Below the pieces are notes generated by a model. That model searched no databases. It was given only the letters and a program-made list of their open reading frames with translations, and was not told the origin of the DNA. A DNA stretch of 64,000 nucleotides from Bacteroidota bacterium (GTDB taxonomy: Bacteria; Bacteroidota; Bacteroidia; Flavobacteriales_D; Crocinitomicaceae): the NCBI GenBank assembly GCA_016866255.1, contig VGMY01000008.1:16266-80265 (forward strand). Reading direction: 5' to 3'. Position numbers and translations under genes: made by a program. Below are positions 39,117 to 52,500 of the stretch, piece after piece. How positions within the stretch are numbered: position 1 is the first letter of the stretch; every line of letters starts with the position of its first letter.

Positions 39117-39967
39117 ATAAATCGAAATTCTACACGCCGATTACGCCGCTTCCCATTTTGGTTGTCGTTAGTTTCTGCGGGACGAGATTCTCCTTCAAAT
39201 TCAAAAATCATTCGATCGGAAGCAATTCCAAGACCGTTTAAATGTTGAAAGATGGCATTCGCCCGATTCTTGGATAATTCCAAGTTGTATTCGTTGCTCC
39301 CATCGGCATCGGTGTGTCCGATAATGTTGAGGCGTAAATCGCTGTGGCTATTCAATATTCGCGTTAGTTTTTCTAAGTAAGGGTAAAATGAACTGTCGAT
39401 CTCATATCGGTCTACCTCGAAGTAAATGGGTTTGAATTGAAAAACGGCCAATTCTTTGATACGCTTGCTTTTGGCGGGTACGCCTAATCTAATTCGGTAG
39501 GCCATGGCTTCAGCGCCAATGCTCGAAAGCGCGGGCTTTTTCGTTAGTTCGTATTGCGTTTCTTCCCATTCCAAATACATGTTAAATCCGTGTAGCCAGT
39601 TTCCTGAGGAAGTTAAGGTACTTACGACATATTCACTGGAATCATCGTAATGAAATACGAATTCGAACGGCGATAATCGAAAGTCATTGGATTCGTATTG
39701 TGCCTTGGAAGCGGATTTAAGCGTAAAATGTTTTTTTTTCTTGTAGTTGCCTGAAACTTCAAATTGAGAATATCCGCCTTCAAATTCGATGCGAACAATC
39801 CCAGTAGCATGCCCATTTATTCCTTTTATTTGGAGGAGAATAGGGTAATTTTTGGTGAAATCTGAGCTAGAGTCGGTTAAAATACCCAACCAGTTTCCAC
39901 TGATTTTGAAATGTTGTCCATGCAGAAGATTGGAAAAGCCGAAAAGCATTAAAAAAAACAGGCGCAT
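39113..39967 (-). CDS. OmpA-family protein
   Basis: Signal peptide. C-terminal OmpA-like domain IIGHTDADGSNEYNLELSKNRANAI...NRRVEF. Confidence 0.8.
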   Translation of the reverse strand: MRLFFLMLFGFSNLLHGQHFKISGNWLGILTDSSSDFTKNYPILLQIKGINGHATGIVRIEFEGGYSQFEVSGNYKKKKHFTLKSASKAQYESNDFRLSPFEFVFHYDDSSEYVVSTLTSSGNWLHGFNMYLEWEETQYELTKKPALSSIGAEAMAYRIRLGVPAKSKRIKELAVFQFKPIYFEVDRYEIDSSFYPYLEKLTRILNSHSDLRLNIIGHTDADGSNEYNLELSKNRANAIFQHLNGLGIASDRMIFEFEGESRPAETNDNQNGKRRNRRVEFRFI

Positions 39968-40026
39968 GTCCTTCTAACGGAAATAAACCTTTTTAGTTAT
40001 CATTTGTTCTCCATATAAATTTTTTT

Positions 40027-40617
40027 ATGAAAGGTTTGCTCATTTGTTGTGTTGGTTTAATTCTTATCAATTGCGTCTCCCGCAAACCTAAGGACACTAC
40101 TAGTTCGTCTAACCCCGTTTCAGCACCTATGGAAAAAAAATCGATTCATGAATTTACGGTAAATGACATTGAAGGAAACGCTTTTTCGTTTCTTGATCTC
40201 AAAGGAAAAAAAATAATGGTGGTAAATACTGCTTCAAGATGTGGACTTACGCCCCAATACAAAGGACTCGAAGCGCTTTATCAAAAATACAAGGATTCAA
40301 GTTTTGTAATTGTAGGTTTTCCGGCCAACAATTTCATGGGACAAGAGCCGGGAAATAACGAGGAGATTGCGGCTTTTTGTGCAAAAAATTACGGAGTTAG
40401 TTTCCCAATGATGTCGAAAATTTCGGTTAAAGGAAACGATATGCATCCTGTGTATCAATTCCTAACTTCCTTCGAACAAAACGCCCTCGAGGACAATGAC
40501 GTACAATGGAATTTTCAAAAATACCTTTTGGATGAAGACGGGTATTTGATACGGGTTGTTGCTCCGGGCACTCAACCCGAAGACCCCTCGATTATTCGCT
40601 GGATTTTATCCAAATAA
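40027..40617 (+). CDS. Glutathione peroxidase (probable lipoprotein)
   Basis: NTASRCGLTPQY active-site region, WNFQKYL, and an N-terminal LILINC lipobox-like signal. Confidence 0.85.
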   Translation: MKGLLICCVGLILINCVSRKPKDTTSSSNPVSAPMEKKSIHEFTVNDIEGNAFSFLDLKGKKIMVVNTASRCGLTPQYKGLEALYQKYKDSSFVIVGFPANNFMGQEPGNNEEIAAFCAKNYGVSFPMMSKISVKGNDMHPVYQFLTSFEQNALEDNDVQWNFQKYLLDEDGYLIRVVAPGTQPEDPSIIRWILSK

Positions 40618-40689
40618 AAAACTTCGCTTATTGTTGATAAGTTAAGGCTTTAAGAGCGTTTTAGTGCCCAATTTTATACGCTAATTCCT

Positions 40690-40697
40690 TACTTTTG
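40690..40697 (+). promoter_or_regulatory. Candidate -7 box (TActTTTG) upstream of gyrB
   Basis: Exact TAnnTTTG match 40 nt upstream of ATG 40738. Confidence 0.3.
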
Positions 40698-40713
40698 TTA
40701 GGCTATTACTTAA

Positions 40714-42690
<1,977 letters not shown>

Positions 42691-42738
42691 CTAAAAATAT
42701 TGATTTAAAGGCTTGTCAAGGTTTAACGTACCGTTCTT

Positions 42739-43116
42739 TTATCCGACGAGGTTCTGATAACCGGAGGCATCCAAAAGGCTATCCAATTCTCCTAAATTAC
42801 TTACTCGTATTTTTATCAACCAACCTTCTCCGTAGGGATCATTGTTTACCGCTTCCGGATTTCCCTCTAGGGCGCCGTTAAATTCGAGAATTTCTCCTGT
42901 GACAGGCATAAACAGGTCGGAAACTGTTTTCACGGCCTCTACCGACCCGAACACTTCGTCTTTATTTAACGTCTCACCAACTGTTTCAATTTCTACATAA
43001 ACAATGTCGCCTAATTCGCTTTGTGCGAAATCTGTAATTCCAATGGTCGCTATATCGCCGTTAAGTAGAATCCATTCGTGCTCTTTAGTGTATTTTAAAT
43101 TGCTTGGTATGGCCAT
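42739..43116 (-). CDS. gcvH: Glycine cleavage system protein H
   Basis: YTKEHEWI N-terminus and the lipoyl-lysine region VEAVKTVSD. Confidence 0.9.
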   Translation of the reverse strand: MAIPSNLKYTKEHEWILLNGDIATIGITDFAQSELGDIVYVEIETVGETLNKDEVFGSVEAVKTVSDLFMPVTGEILEFNGALEGNPEAVNNDPYGEGWLIKIRVSNLGELDSLLDASGYQNLVG

Positions 43117-43188
43117 AATGCTTTTTTACAAAAATAATATAAACTAATGACACAAAACGAAAGCTGTGAAGTTTTGTATTTTTGTGGC

Positions 43189-44271
43189 ATGACCTTGGAA
43201 CAGAATAGGGAACTTGAACAAAGAATCCACAATATTTATGCGTATTTGAAAATCGCTGAAAAAATACGTCAGTTGAGCGAAGAAGAATTGCGCACCCAAG
43301 ATCCTTCTTTCTGGGACGATCCCAAAAAAGCAGAAGCACAAATGAAAGTTATCAGAGGATTAAAATATTGGGTAGAGGGATTTAAAAACCTACAATCGGG
43401 ATTTGACGATCTTCAAGTATTAATCGAATTCGAAAAAGAGGGTGCGGCCACAGCAGACGAAGTAGAAGATCAATATTTCGCGGCCATGCATAGGGTAGAA
43501 GAGTTGGAATTAAAGAACATGCTTTCCAATGAAGAAGATGCATTGAGTGCTGTAATTCAAATTACTGCAGGAGCAGGAGGTACGGAATCGTGCGATTGGG
43601 CATCAATGCTTACTCGAATGTATACCATGTGGGCTCAAAAACAGGGATATAAAATCGCGGAACTGAACCTTCAGGAAGGCGATGTGGCGGGAATTAAAAC
43701 GGTTTCATTGGAGTTTGATGGAGAGTTCGCTTTTGGTTATTTGAAAGGAGAGAATGGGGTACATCGATTGGTGCGCATATCACCGTTCGATTCCAACGCA
43801 AAACGCCACACCTCGTTTGTTTCGGTTTATGTTTATCCTTTGGTGGACGATAATATAGAAATCCATGTCAATCCAGCTGATATAACTTGGGAGACGTTTC
43901 GATCCGGCGGGGCAGGTGGTCAAAACGTAAACAAGGTTGAAACAGCCGTCCGTTTGAGGCATGCGCCTTCAGGGATAATCATTGAGAACTCAGAGTCGAG
44001 ATCCCAGTTGGCAAATAAAGAAAAAGCCTTGCAATTGTTAAGATCCCAATTATACGAATTGGAACTGCGCGAGCGAATGGAAAAACGCAGCGAAATTGAG
44101 GCAGGTAAAAAGAAGATAGAGTGGGGTTCTCAAATTAGAAACTACGTCATGCACCCCTATAAATTGGTCAAAGATGTGCGCACAGGAACCGAAACTTCGG
44201 ATGTAGAAGGCGTTATGAACGGCGACTTAGACACCTTTCTTAAATCTTTTCTGATGCAATACGGGAGTTAG
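43189..44271 (+). CDS. prfB: Peptide chain release factor 2, a single uninterrupted ORF
   Basis: SPF motif (RISPFDS) and GGQ ([11 protein letters not shown]). The start is either ATG 43147 (track) or ATG 43189, which has a TAttTTTG box at 43177..43184. No CTT TGA C frameshift site. Confidence 0.9.
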   Translation: MTLEQNRELEQRIHNIYAYLKIAEKIRQLSEEELRTQDPSFWDDPKKAEAQMKVIRGLKYWVEGFKNLQSGFDDLQVLIEFEKEGAATADEVEDQYFAAMHRVEELELKNMLSNEEDALSAVIQITAGAGGTESCDWASMLTRMYTMWAQKQGYKIAELNLQEGDVAGIKTVSLEFDGEFAFGYLKGENGVHRLVRISPFDSNAKRHTSFVSVYVYPLVDDNIEIHVNPADITWETFRSGGAGGQNVNKVETAVRLRHAPSGIIIENSESRSQLANKEKALQLLRSQLYELELRERMEKRSEIEAGKKKIEWGSQIRNYVMHPYKLVKDVRTGTETSDVEGVMNGDLDTFLKSFLMQYGS

Positions 44272-45545
44272 AGAAAAGGAATAATTTGCTCAAGACCTAT
44301 TCCCCGCGAACCTTTTATGAGAATGGTGGTATCGTTTATTGAAGCTAATACCTCACTGTCAATAAGTTGAGCAGTTGTTGCAAAATGTCGGAAATTCGAA
44401 CGGCATTCTCCAAATTCCTTTCCAACCGTGATGCATGGAATATGCGAGGTTTCACAGTACCTTAACACGGCGGCATGTTCCTCCTTGGAAACCTCGCCCA
44501 ATTCCAACATATCCCCTAAAAGGGCTAATTTATTGTTGCACTTGGTTTGATGGAAGGAAATTAATGCGGCCCCCATACTGGACGGATTTGCGTTGTAGCA
44601 GTCTACAATCAACGTGTTGCGCTCTGTTTTTTGAACTTGTGAACGATTGTTAGACGGAACGTACGAAGAGAGAGCTCTTTCAACATCTGCCGAGCTAACA
44701 CCGAAATACAAACCGATGGTCACAGCGGATAAAAAGTTATACAAGTTATATTCACCCACAAGTTGGGTGTAAATAGGGCCAAAGATGCCCTGCTGCGTTG
44801 TGTACTTGAAGGCTAGAAAAGGAGTAAGGTCGTGCGCAGTTCCAACAACGGTTGCCGAGTTGTGAATTGCGTAGGTGGAGCAAGAAAGATTTGGGAGGTA
44901 TCGCGTGAGAACTGAATCATCGCTGTTGTAGAATAGTGTGCCTTGTTGATGTTCAACGAAATTATATAGTCCTAATTTTGTGTTCAAAACCCCTTCAAAT
45001 GAACCGAATCCTTCTAAGTGAGCTTTACCAATATTGGTTATAATACCGTGCGTTGGCTGAGCAATTTCACATAATTCGGCAATATCTCCCGGACGATTGG
45101 CTCCCATTTCGATAATGGCGATTTCGTGTTCGGGACTGAGTTGAAGAAGGGTCAGCGGTACCCCAATGTGATTGTTCAAATTACCTTTGGTGCACAATAC
45201 CTTTTTGCTGGTACTTAGTACTGCATTTACCAATTCCTTAGTGGTGGTTTTGCCGTTGCTTCCTGTTATACCCAGTACAGGTATATTGAATTTTCTGCGA
45301 TGATATAGCGCCAGCTGTTGAAGGTATAGCAGCGTATTATCCACATGATGAATGGTTGTACCGTTACATCGCGCCGGGTCTGAAGCGACAACGTACTTTG
45401 CCCCACCCTCAACGGCTTTTTCAGCAAATGCATTCGCATCGAAGCGATCTCCCTTGAGACAAATAAACAGACAATCTTTGACGAGCGCTCTGGTATCAGT
45501 GCAAATTCCATTGCTTTGATAGAATAAATCGAATAATTCTTGCAT
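44268..45545 (-). CDS. murF: UDP-N-acetylmuramoyl-tripeptide--D-alanyl-D-alanine ligase
   Basis: ICTDTRAL N-terminus and the Mur ligase P-loop [11 protein letters not shown]; 425 aa. Confidence 0.85.
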   Translation of the reverse strand: MQELFDLFYQSNGICTDTRALVKDCLFICLKGDRFDANAFAEKAVEGGAKYVVASDPARCNGTTIHHVDNTLLYLQQLALYHRRKFNIPVLGITGSNGKTTTKELVNAVLSTSKKVLCTKGNLNNHIGVPLTLLQLSPEHEIAIIEMGANRPGDIAELCEIAQPTHGIITNIGKAHLEGFGSFEGVLNTKLGLYNFVEHQQGTLFYNSDDSVLTRYLPNLSCSTYAIHNSATVVGTAHDLTPFLAFKYTTQQGIFGPIYTQLVGEYNLYNFLSAVTIGLYFGVSSADVERALSSYVPSNNRSQVQKTERNTLIVDCYNANPSSMGAALISFHQTKCNNKLALLGDMLELGEVSKEEHAAVLRYCETSHIPCITVGKEFGECRSNFRHFATTAQLIDSEVLASINDTTILIKGSRGIGLEQIIPFL

Positions 45546-45567
45546 AAAAAATCCCGCCGAAGCGGGA
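45546..45567 (-). terminator. Rho-independent terminator downstream of gldJ, abutting the murF start codon
   Basis: The minus strand reads TCCCGC-TTCG-GCGGGA-TTTTTT, followed directly by the murF ATG (45545..45543). It lies 27 nt after the gldJ stop. Confidence 0.65.
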
Positions 45568-45593
45568 CTAAAGATACTGAAAGTTAATGAGGA

Positions 45594-48413
45594 TTATTTA
45601 CGTCTCCGTTTTTTATAATTCAAGTTTCTTTGATCGCCCAATCGATCCATAGCACATCGGAAACCTATAGAAGCGCTGGTTTTGTCTTGATCTAGGAATC
45701 TGCGATTACCTGCAGACAACCAGTAAGCCCGGTCTGCCCAAGAACCTCCTTTGTATACTTTTGATTTATCAGAAATCAAGGTGGTTGGCCAACCCGATGA
45801 GGATGGGGACAAAACTGTGCCTTCCAAATTGTTGTTTTCGTGTTCACTGCGGTAAACGGTATTCTTAGCATTCAACCTTCCTGCGTTAATATCGTCAATA
45901 CGTTTTTGGTTGTTGTAGAAAACCGAGGATTCTAAATCCCCGTCCAAATAGTCTATGTAATCGTCTTTACGATAGTTTAATCTCCCGAGATTTTCTTCTT
46001 CCGTTACATTTCTCCAACGTTGTTTTCCTCGAGATTCTACGACATGGTCTGATAATCCATTACGTAAATTAATTACCCAAGTCGTAATGGTTTGATCTGT
46101 TTGGTAGTTAGGAAATTTCTTTCCAAGATACGTCTCATTAACCTTATCTTTTTCCTGAGTAAATATTGTTTTCCATTCTCCATCTTCCTTATTTCCATCG
46201 TCGTCAAATTTTGTCATGAACACTCCGATGCTTTTGCCTAATTCATCATTTTCAGTCGCTCCATCAAAATTAGCATCAAGAACTAATTTACTATGCACAT
46301 CACCGTGTAACAATTTTGTGGATGTAACGGAACCAAATAATGCGGTTTCAATGTACGCGGATGATTTTACCGTATTCCCTTTGTTGTAAAGGAAAATAGC
46401 GGTGTCCAGTAAGGCGTTTATATCATCCAATACCTGAAACTTTGCTTTATCGGATTCTGTATACATTTTATTGTTGGCGGTGTAGTATTTACTCAAGCTA
46501 CTAAATTTGAATTTTCTAGCATCCTGATTGGAAGCAATTTTAACGCTGGAGGAAATGCTGTTGACGAAGGGGTTAAAATCTGCTTTACTGGAAACCACTT
46601 TAAATGGCATTCGAAAATATTCAGAACCTATAACATAGGAAAGACTTCCGGTGTCACCAGGGGTTGGGGTAAATTGTGCAAACACAATTTTGTACCTTGT
46701 GTTGGACTTTGACACCTCCTTTGCTCCAGGGACCGCGTTAATCCATTGACCTTTAACACCTTTATTAGATTGGCTTAAATTTGCTACCTGCAAAGAGTCC
46801 GCCTCAAAACTGATCGTGTCTCCAACCGCCACATAGTAATACCCATTGGTTAGTTGGTATTTTCCGTACGGCCCAAGTGGATTCATGGTAATGTTGACAC
46901 CTTGCTGCAAGGCATTATCGTTTTTCTGATTTTGAATATTGGACGAATAATTGGATGAAGGATTTAGCGCGTTTTGGGTATTGGACAAATACAATACTCG
47001 TGCATATTCATTCACGAATTCTTTCATGCCATAAACATCGTATATGTTATCCTTTGTTTTTACATATTTTTCATGCAATCCGTCAGGAACCATTAATTTA
47101 GCTTGGTACATGTTTCCACGAAACGGCATGAAACCATCCGCCATGTCGCTGGTGCTTGGGCGATAGGTATCTAAAACCCACTCAGATACGTTACCCGCCA
47201 TGTTGTATAAGCCAAAGTCATTCGGCCAATAAGCATCCACGTGCGTTGTGGCGTCTGCTCCATCGTTCAATGCCCCGGCAACCCCCATGTGATCGCCAGT
47301 TCCACGCACGAAATTCGCTTGAATGGTTCCTTGAAACTGTTCTTCGTCGTAGCGTACATAGTGTCCGTCCCATGGGTAAACACGGCGTTCATCTATGTTC
47401 TCCGATTTCGCATCCAAATTCCCCAATAAACCGCTGGCGGCATATTCCCACTCTGCTTCTGTTGGCAAACGGTAGTTGGGAAGAAGAATTCCGTCTTCCA
47501 TTCTTACCAAACGCTTCCCTTGATAATAACTTCCATCATCGTTTACAGCATAAACAGGATCGTAATCGTTTAGCATGTATGGGTCTCGAGGTTGATCGCC
47601 ACTTTTGCTCTTTTTTGCTTTTTCACTTTGTAACGTGTATCCTTCACCCTTATACTTGTAATTTTTCGGATCTACGTCGGTTGCCCCTTCGATGACGTAT
47701 TGCCCTGCTAAATAGCTCTCGGTGTTGAACATGTTTTCGGGCTTGTTATTGTAATTGGTTTTCTTCTTCCCGCCGGATGCGTCTGGACCGAGAGCACCTA
47801 AATCGCCCCCCTCTTCGTACTTGTCAGCAAAATGCCATTTAATAATTCCCTGTTCAACCAAAATGTATTCATTAACCCGGTCCGTTCTCCACTTACAAAA
47901 ATCGTTTGCTTGAACCCAAGAAACTCCCACTACCGGATAGTCGCGGTAAGCTGGGTAACGGAAATAATATTCCACGAATTTTTCTCGATAGGAAAGGGGA
48001 TCTCTCCAACAGTTGGTATCGGGCAGTGATTTTTTGTAAATGTGAGGATAGGTTTTATTGTAAACCCGCTTCATCCAGTAAACATATTCCAACCAGTGAA
48101 AATTGGTTACCTCAGTTCGATCCATGTAAAATGAGGAAACCGTAAAACGGTTCGGTCGGTTGTCATTGTCCTCAAACACATCTTCTTCTGTTCTTCCCAT
48201 GGTGAAAGTACCCCCCTCAATCATAACAAGCCCTGGACCGGTGCGCTGTTCTTCAAAACTAGCCTTCTCAAAACCGCCGTTTTGGACACTGTTGTATTCC
48301 CAGCCCGTGGAAGTTGAGGTTTCTTTCTGACAACTTGAAATAACTCCGATTGACAATAAAGCCATGGAAAATTTAGTGATCATTGAACGCTTCATATTCT
48401 CATTATTTAACAC
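45594..48413 (-). CDS. gldJ: Gliding motility lipoprotein GldJ (FGE/SUMF1-like), unusually long at 939 aa
   Basis: Lipoprotein signal ...SIGVISSC. GLVMIEGGTFTMGR, YPVVGVSWVQANDFCKWR, NMAGNVSEWV and the C-terminal KGGSWADRAYW...IGFRCAM are GldJ/FGE-type motifs. murF follows downstream, as I recall for Flavobacterium. Confidence 0.8.
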   Translation of the reverse strand: MLNNENMKRSMITKFSMALLSIGVISSCQKETSTSTGWEYNSVQNGGFEKASFEEQRTGPGLVMIEGGTFTMGRTEEDVFEDNDNRPNRFTVSSFYMDRTEVTNFHWLEYVYWMKRVYNKTYPHIYKKSLPDTNCWRDPLSYREKFVEYYFRYPAYRDYPVVGVSWVQANDFCKWRTDRVNEYILVEQGIIKWHFADKYEEGGDLGALGPDASGGKKKTNYNNKPENMFNTESYLAGQYVIEGATDVDPKNYKYKGEGYTLQSEKAKKSKSGDQPRDPYMLNDYDPVYAVNDDGSYYQGKRLVRMEDGILLPNYRLPTEAEWEYAASGLLGNLDAKSENIDERRVYPWDGHYVRYDEEQFQGTIQANFVRGTGDHMGVAGALNDGADATTHVDAYWPNDFGLYNMAGNVSEWVLDTYRPSTSDMADGFMPFRGNMYQAKLMVPDGLHEKYVKTKDNIYDVYGMKEFVNEYARVLYLSNTQNALNPSSNYSSNIQNQKNDNALQQGVNITMNPLGPYGKYQLTNGYYYVAVGDTISFEADSLQVANLSQSNKGVKGQWINAVPGAKEVSKSNTRYKIVFAQFTPTPGDTGSLSYVIGSEYFRMPFKVVSSKADFNPFVNSISSSVKIASNQDARKFKFSSLSKYYTANNKMYTESDKAKFQVLDDINALLDTAIFLYNKGNTVKSSAYIETALFGSVTSTKLLHGDVHSKLVLDANFDGATENDELGKSIGVFMTKFDDDGNKEDGEWKTIFTQEKDKVNETYLGKKFPNYQTDQTITTWVINLRNGLSDHVVESRGKQRWRNVTEEENLGRLNYRKDDYIDYLDGDLESSVFYNNQKRIDDINAGRLNAKNTVYRSEHENNNLEGTVLSPSSSGWPTTLISDKSKVYKGGSWADRAYWLSAGNRRFLDQDKTSASIGFRCAMDRLGDQRNLNYKKRRRK

Positions 48414-48446
48414 TGTTTAACTTCAAATAATTTGTTAAGTTACAAT

Positions 48447-49439
48447 TTAAAAGGATGGACACGAAATTTTTCTGTAATTTTTCGGTTTTCTCCTGCATTT
48501 TAAATCCAGTTGGAAAGACACTTCGTGCGATCCTCCTGTTAAGCCATTTCCCAATCTAGATACCGTTAAATCGTAACTGTAACCGATTCTAAATTTGTCC
48601 GCTTTAACACCTACAATAAATACCATAGCATCTCTGTTGCGATACCAAACTCCAAGGTTTAAACGCTCATAATTTAAATAAGCTCCGATGTTCAACTCCT
48701 GAAAGCCGTTTTGGTACTGATAAATTACAGCGGGCTTAAGAGTCGTACCATCCGTGTACCTTCCTCTCCTTCCTATCGGAATGGTACCACCCATGTGAGC
48801 AGTTATTCTCATAGGAAGTTTACTGGTACCTAAAATCATCGATTCGTCCGGTTGATTTATGTGGTGAAATGCTGCTCCCCCGTAAAAATATTTTCCAAAT
48901 ATTACAGCTCCTGCACTGGCATCAAATAAGCCCCTTCTTCCACCCCTTGGCACATCACCCGTTTGATAAATAAAACCCCTTCGGCTATCTATCATGTCGC
49001 CGAAGGTAAGCTTATCCCAATCCAGGTATTTTTGAATGTAGGCCGCCCTTACACCAAAATTTAAGGACCATTTACGGTTCAACTTTAAGTTGTAGGAGTA
49101 AATTGCCCCAAAGAGCGTTGTTGAGATAGTGCCCTCGGCTTGCTGGTCGTACATTGCAATCAATCCCACTCCTCCTTTGACATCCCTGACATAGGAATCA
49201 TAAGAGGCGGAATACGTAACGTAGTTGCCCGTAAGTTGAGGCCATTCGTTGCGGTAATTCATGGTGACTCTCGGGCAACCTGTAGCTCCTGCCAAGGAAG
49301 GGTTCAAATAGATCGGGTTTGAATAGAATTGTGTGAATGTCGGGTCCTGCGAATAATAGCTACCACACCAGGCAAAAGCGGTGGCAATTAGGCCGAACTT
49401 CACATCCCTCGAAATGCGACTAAGGTAATTATTTTTCAC
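48447..49439 (-). CDS. Type IX secretion system membrane protein, PorP/SprF family
   Basis: SQDPTFTQFYSNPIYLNPSLAG N-terminal signature and a beta-barrel-like alternating pattern; 330 aa. Confidence 0.8.
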   Translation of the reverse strand: MKNNYLSRISRDVKFGLIATAFAWCGSYYSQDPTFTQFYSNPIYLNPSLAGATGCPRVTMNYRNEWPQLTGNYVTYSASYDSYVRDVKGGVGLIAMYDQQAEGTISTTLFGAIYSYNLKLNRKWSLNFGVRAAYIQKYLDWDKLTFGDMIDSRRGFIYQTGDVPRGGRRGLFDASAGAVIFGKYFYGGAAFHHINQPDESMILGTSKLPMRITAHMGGTIPIGRRGRYTDGTTLKPAVIYQYQNGFQELNIGAYLNYERLNLGVWYRNRDAMVFIVGVKADKFRIGYSYDLTVSRLGNGLTGGSHEVSFQLDLKCRRKPKNYRKISCPSF

Positions 49440-49528
49440 GGTCAGCCTCTACGTATTTAAACAATCTAGGTTACAAATATCGCAATAAAATTGCAATAAA
49501 TAAAATGAGCATTCGTTTAACAAATCGT

Positions 49529-49536
49529 TATTTTTG
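49529..49536 (+). promoter_or_regulatory. Candidate -7 box (TAttTTTG) upstream of porU
   Basis: Exact TAnnTTTG match 6 nt upstream of ATG 49543. Confidence 0.3.
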
Positions 49537-49542
49537 TGTTTT

Positions 49543-52500
49543 ATGAAATTATTGAGCAACTTTATTGCCGTATTTTTTTTTGCCGAGTTATTTTTTTTCT
49601 CGCTTCCCCGATTTTTCTCGCAAAATGTTGACTGTAAAATTTCTTGGACTCCGAACGTGACCCTGTACAAAGACGGAGTTGCCTACAGTGTACCAACCAT
49701 AGATCATCTCACTCCCTCCAATGGCATACCTCATTTTCGCAGAGTCGAACCTCTTAAGTCTGCCAATTTCGCAGCACGTATCGAGTTAATAAAGTATGAG
49801 CCGGTGGAACCTGCCACCCTTAAATACATGGAATCCATCGGATTTTTAGCGCCTGATAAAGAAGCCATTGAAGCCATTGTAACGCGTTCTGGAACCGACC
49901 CTTTTTTGAGCATCGCTTGCCAACCCTATTTTCGTTTTGGCGGCGTTTTACAGAAAATTACCTCTTTTCGAGTTGTTTTGTCGCCCATTCCACCAAAAGG
50001 CTTCAAGAAAGATTTTGTGGCAAATTCTGTCCTTGCGCAGGGTGCTTGGTATAAGTTTTCGGTCAATACGGACGGTGTTTATCGCCTCGACAAGGCGTTT
50101 TTGACCTCCCTTGGTATTAACACCGAGGGGCTGAATCCAAATCACATACATGTTTTCGGCAATGGGGAAGGGAGTTTGCCGGAGTTGAATGCTACTCCAT
50201 ACACGGATGATTTAGCCCAAAATAGCGTTCAAATTGTTGGCGGTAACGACGGCAACTTCGACGATGGCGACTACCTTTTATTTTACGGTTTTGGTCCCCA
50301 TCAATGGTATCCGAACGGTAACATCGAATTTGAGCAGCGCAGAAATCCTTACTCGGATAAATCCTATTATTTTGTGCTCATTTCCGATGTGGTCATTCCG
50401 AAAAGCATCACGGAGGTGGATTGGTCTTCCGGTTCTGAGCAAGCGCAATTTACCAGTTATGATTTCAGAGAGGTCTTCGAAAACGATTTGGTTTCCCTGG
50501 TAGGGGGAGGAAAGCGTTGGTATGGGGAATTATTTGATATCGATTTGACTCAAACTTTCAATTTCTCAATTCCATCTGTCGAGGCGACTACACCTTTGAG
50601 ATTTCGAGTCTCCATGGCATCGAATTCGCTAACAGGCATAGGTACGGCTCAAAAATACAGCGTTGGAGGCACTCAACTTTATCAGTCCACGCTTCCAATT
50701 GCCCCCTATGATTACAGTCGTTCGGTTGTTAATTTCACGCTCAGTAATCCGAGTGCCAATATTCCATTGCAAATCACCGTGGTAAGAAACAGCCCCTCTA
50801 CGCTGACACGCTTGGACCGAATTTTAGTGAACGGACGTCGGGGATTGAATTTTTTAGGAAACCAATTTGGATTCCGAAATGTCACACAAACCGATAGCAA
50901 CCAAGTGGTCAAGTACCAAATTGGTGCTTTCCCCTCCAGCGGTTTCGTTTGGGACATCTCGGAAAAATACAATCCTAAAAGGGTTAAAGGCTCCATGCAG
51001 GGTAGCAATTATCATTTCTGGTGCACAAAGGTTTATCGGGAATTTGTTGCAAGCAACGGAAGTACTTTTTTATCCCCAAATCCCATTGGCGCAGTACCCA
51101 ATCAAAACCTTCACTCGCTAGCGCAAATCGATTATTTAATTGTAACCCACCCTGATTTTAAACAACAAGCGGAACGGCTTGCAAATTTGCACCGCGATCA
51201 AGGCCTGGAGGTTGCGGTAGTAGATGTAAATCACGTTTTCAATGAATTCAGTTCAGGAGCTCCTGACCCTACGGCAATCCGCAAAATGGCTAAAATGTTC
51301 TACGATCGTTCTCTGCAAAATGGCAGTAAGATGTTGCGTTATTTGTGCCTATTTGGAGATGGCACCTACGATCCTAAAGACCGAGTTGCCAATAACAACA
51401 ATTACCTTATAACGTATCAGGTAGAGAACAGTGAAAACCATATTTCAGCCCTTGTAACCGATGATTACTTTGGTATGTTGGACGATAACGAGGCCTTAAA
51501 CGACGCGGACCTTCTTGATATTGGAGTTGGGAGAATTCTAGCAAGCACTCCTGAACAGGCCAAAGAACAGGTCGATAAAATTGAACATTACCTGCTCAAC
51601 GGTTCAAACCTATTCAATGCAATCAATGCCAATTGTTGTTTGGATAACAATTTGGGAACTACGTTTGGAGATTGGCGAACGAAAATCGTTCAAATTGCCG
51701 ATGACGAAGAAAACGGATACTTCATAAAAAACGATACCGAACCGCAGTATAAAATATTGAAAGATAACCACCGAGCATTAAATGTGGATAAACTGTACAT
51801 GGATAGTTATCCGCAGCAGGTTTCCGCGGGAGGACAACGATACCCTGAGGTATTCGATGCCATCAATGATCGCATAACACGTGGTGCCCTTGTTGTGAAC
51901 TATGTAGGTCATGGAGGCGAAGTGGGTTTGGCAGAGGAGCGTGTGGTGACAATACCGCAAATACAATCCTGGCAAAACATCAATGCCCTTACCTTATTTG
52001 TTTCTGCAACGTGCGAGTTTACCAAATTCGACGACCCTTCCCGCGTTTCGGCTGGTGAATGGGTTGCCTTAAACCCAAAAGGAGGGGCCATCGCTTTGAT
52101 GACCACTACTCGGTCTGTTTTTTTTGGAGTGAACACGAGCGTTGGTTTGGCTTTTTTCAACCAGGCTTTTAACCGAGAAGCAAATGGCCTGCCACGACGT
52201 TTTGGGGATATCGCAAAACTGACCAAAAACGGTGCTTTGGCATCGGAAAATAAACGCAGTTTTACCTTAATTGGAGACCCCGCATTGAGGCTGGCCTTAC
52301 CACATTTAAGCCTTGTTACAGATAGCATCAATGGAATGGATGTTAGCTATTTGGATACGCTTCAAGCCCTAAGCAAAGTCACCGTGAAAGGACATGTTGC
52401 TGATGAGAGTGGAACTTTGGTAAGTCAATTCAATGGAACAATTATTCCAACGATGTTCGATAAAGTGAGGCAAAAGCAAACTCTAGGACAAGATCCCGGC

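Noticed and set aside
43147-43260. Programmed +1 frameshift site in prfB (CTT TGA C)
   Set aside because: RF2 is encoded by one uninterrupted frame (…AYLKIAEK…). The only nearby TGA (within cgTATTTGAaa) is not in a frame that a +1 shift would join to the main ORF. This prfB therefore lacks the autoregulatory frameshift, a known minority state and not an error.
47156-47695. 179-aa ORF antisense to gldJ, and similar long shadow ORFs (55720..56265 antisense to pyrB, 21477..21923 in feoB, 9682..10116 in ctaA, 51909..52331 in porU, 32290..32682 in ftsH)
   Set aside because: They lie entirely inside well-supported genes on the opposite strand or in another frame, and have biased low-complexity composition with no recognisable motifs. 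These are typical shadow ORFs.
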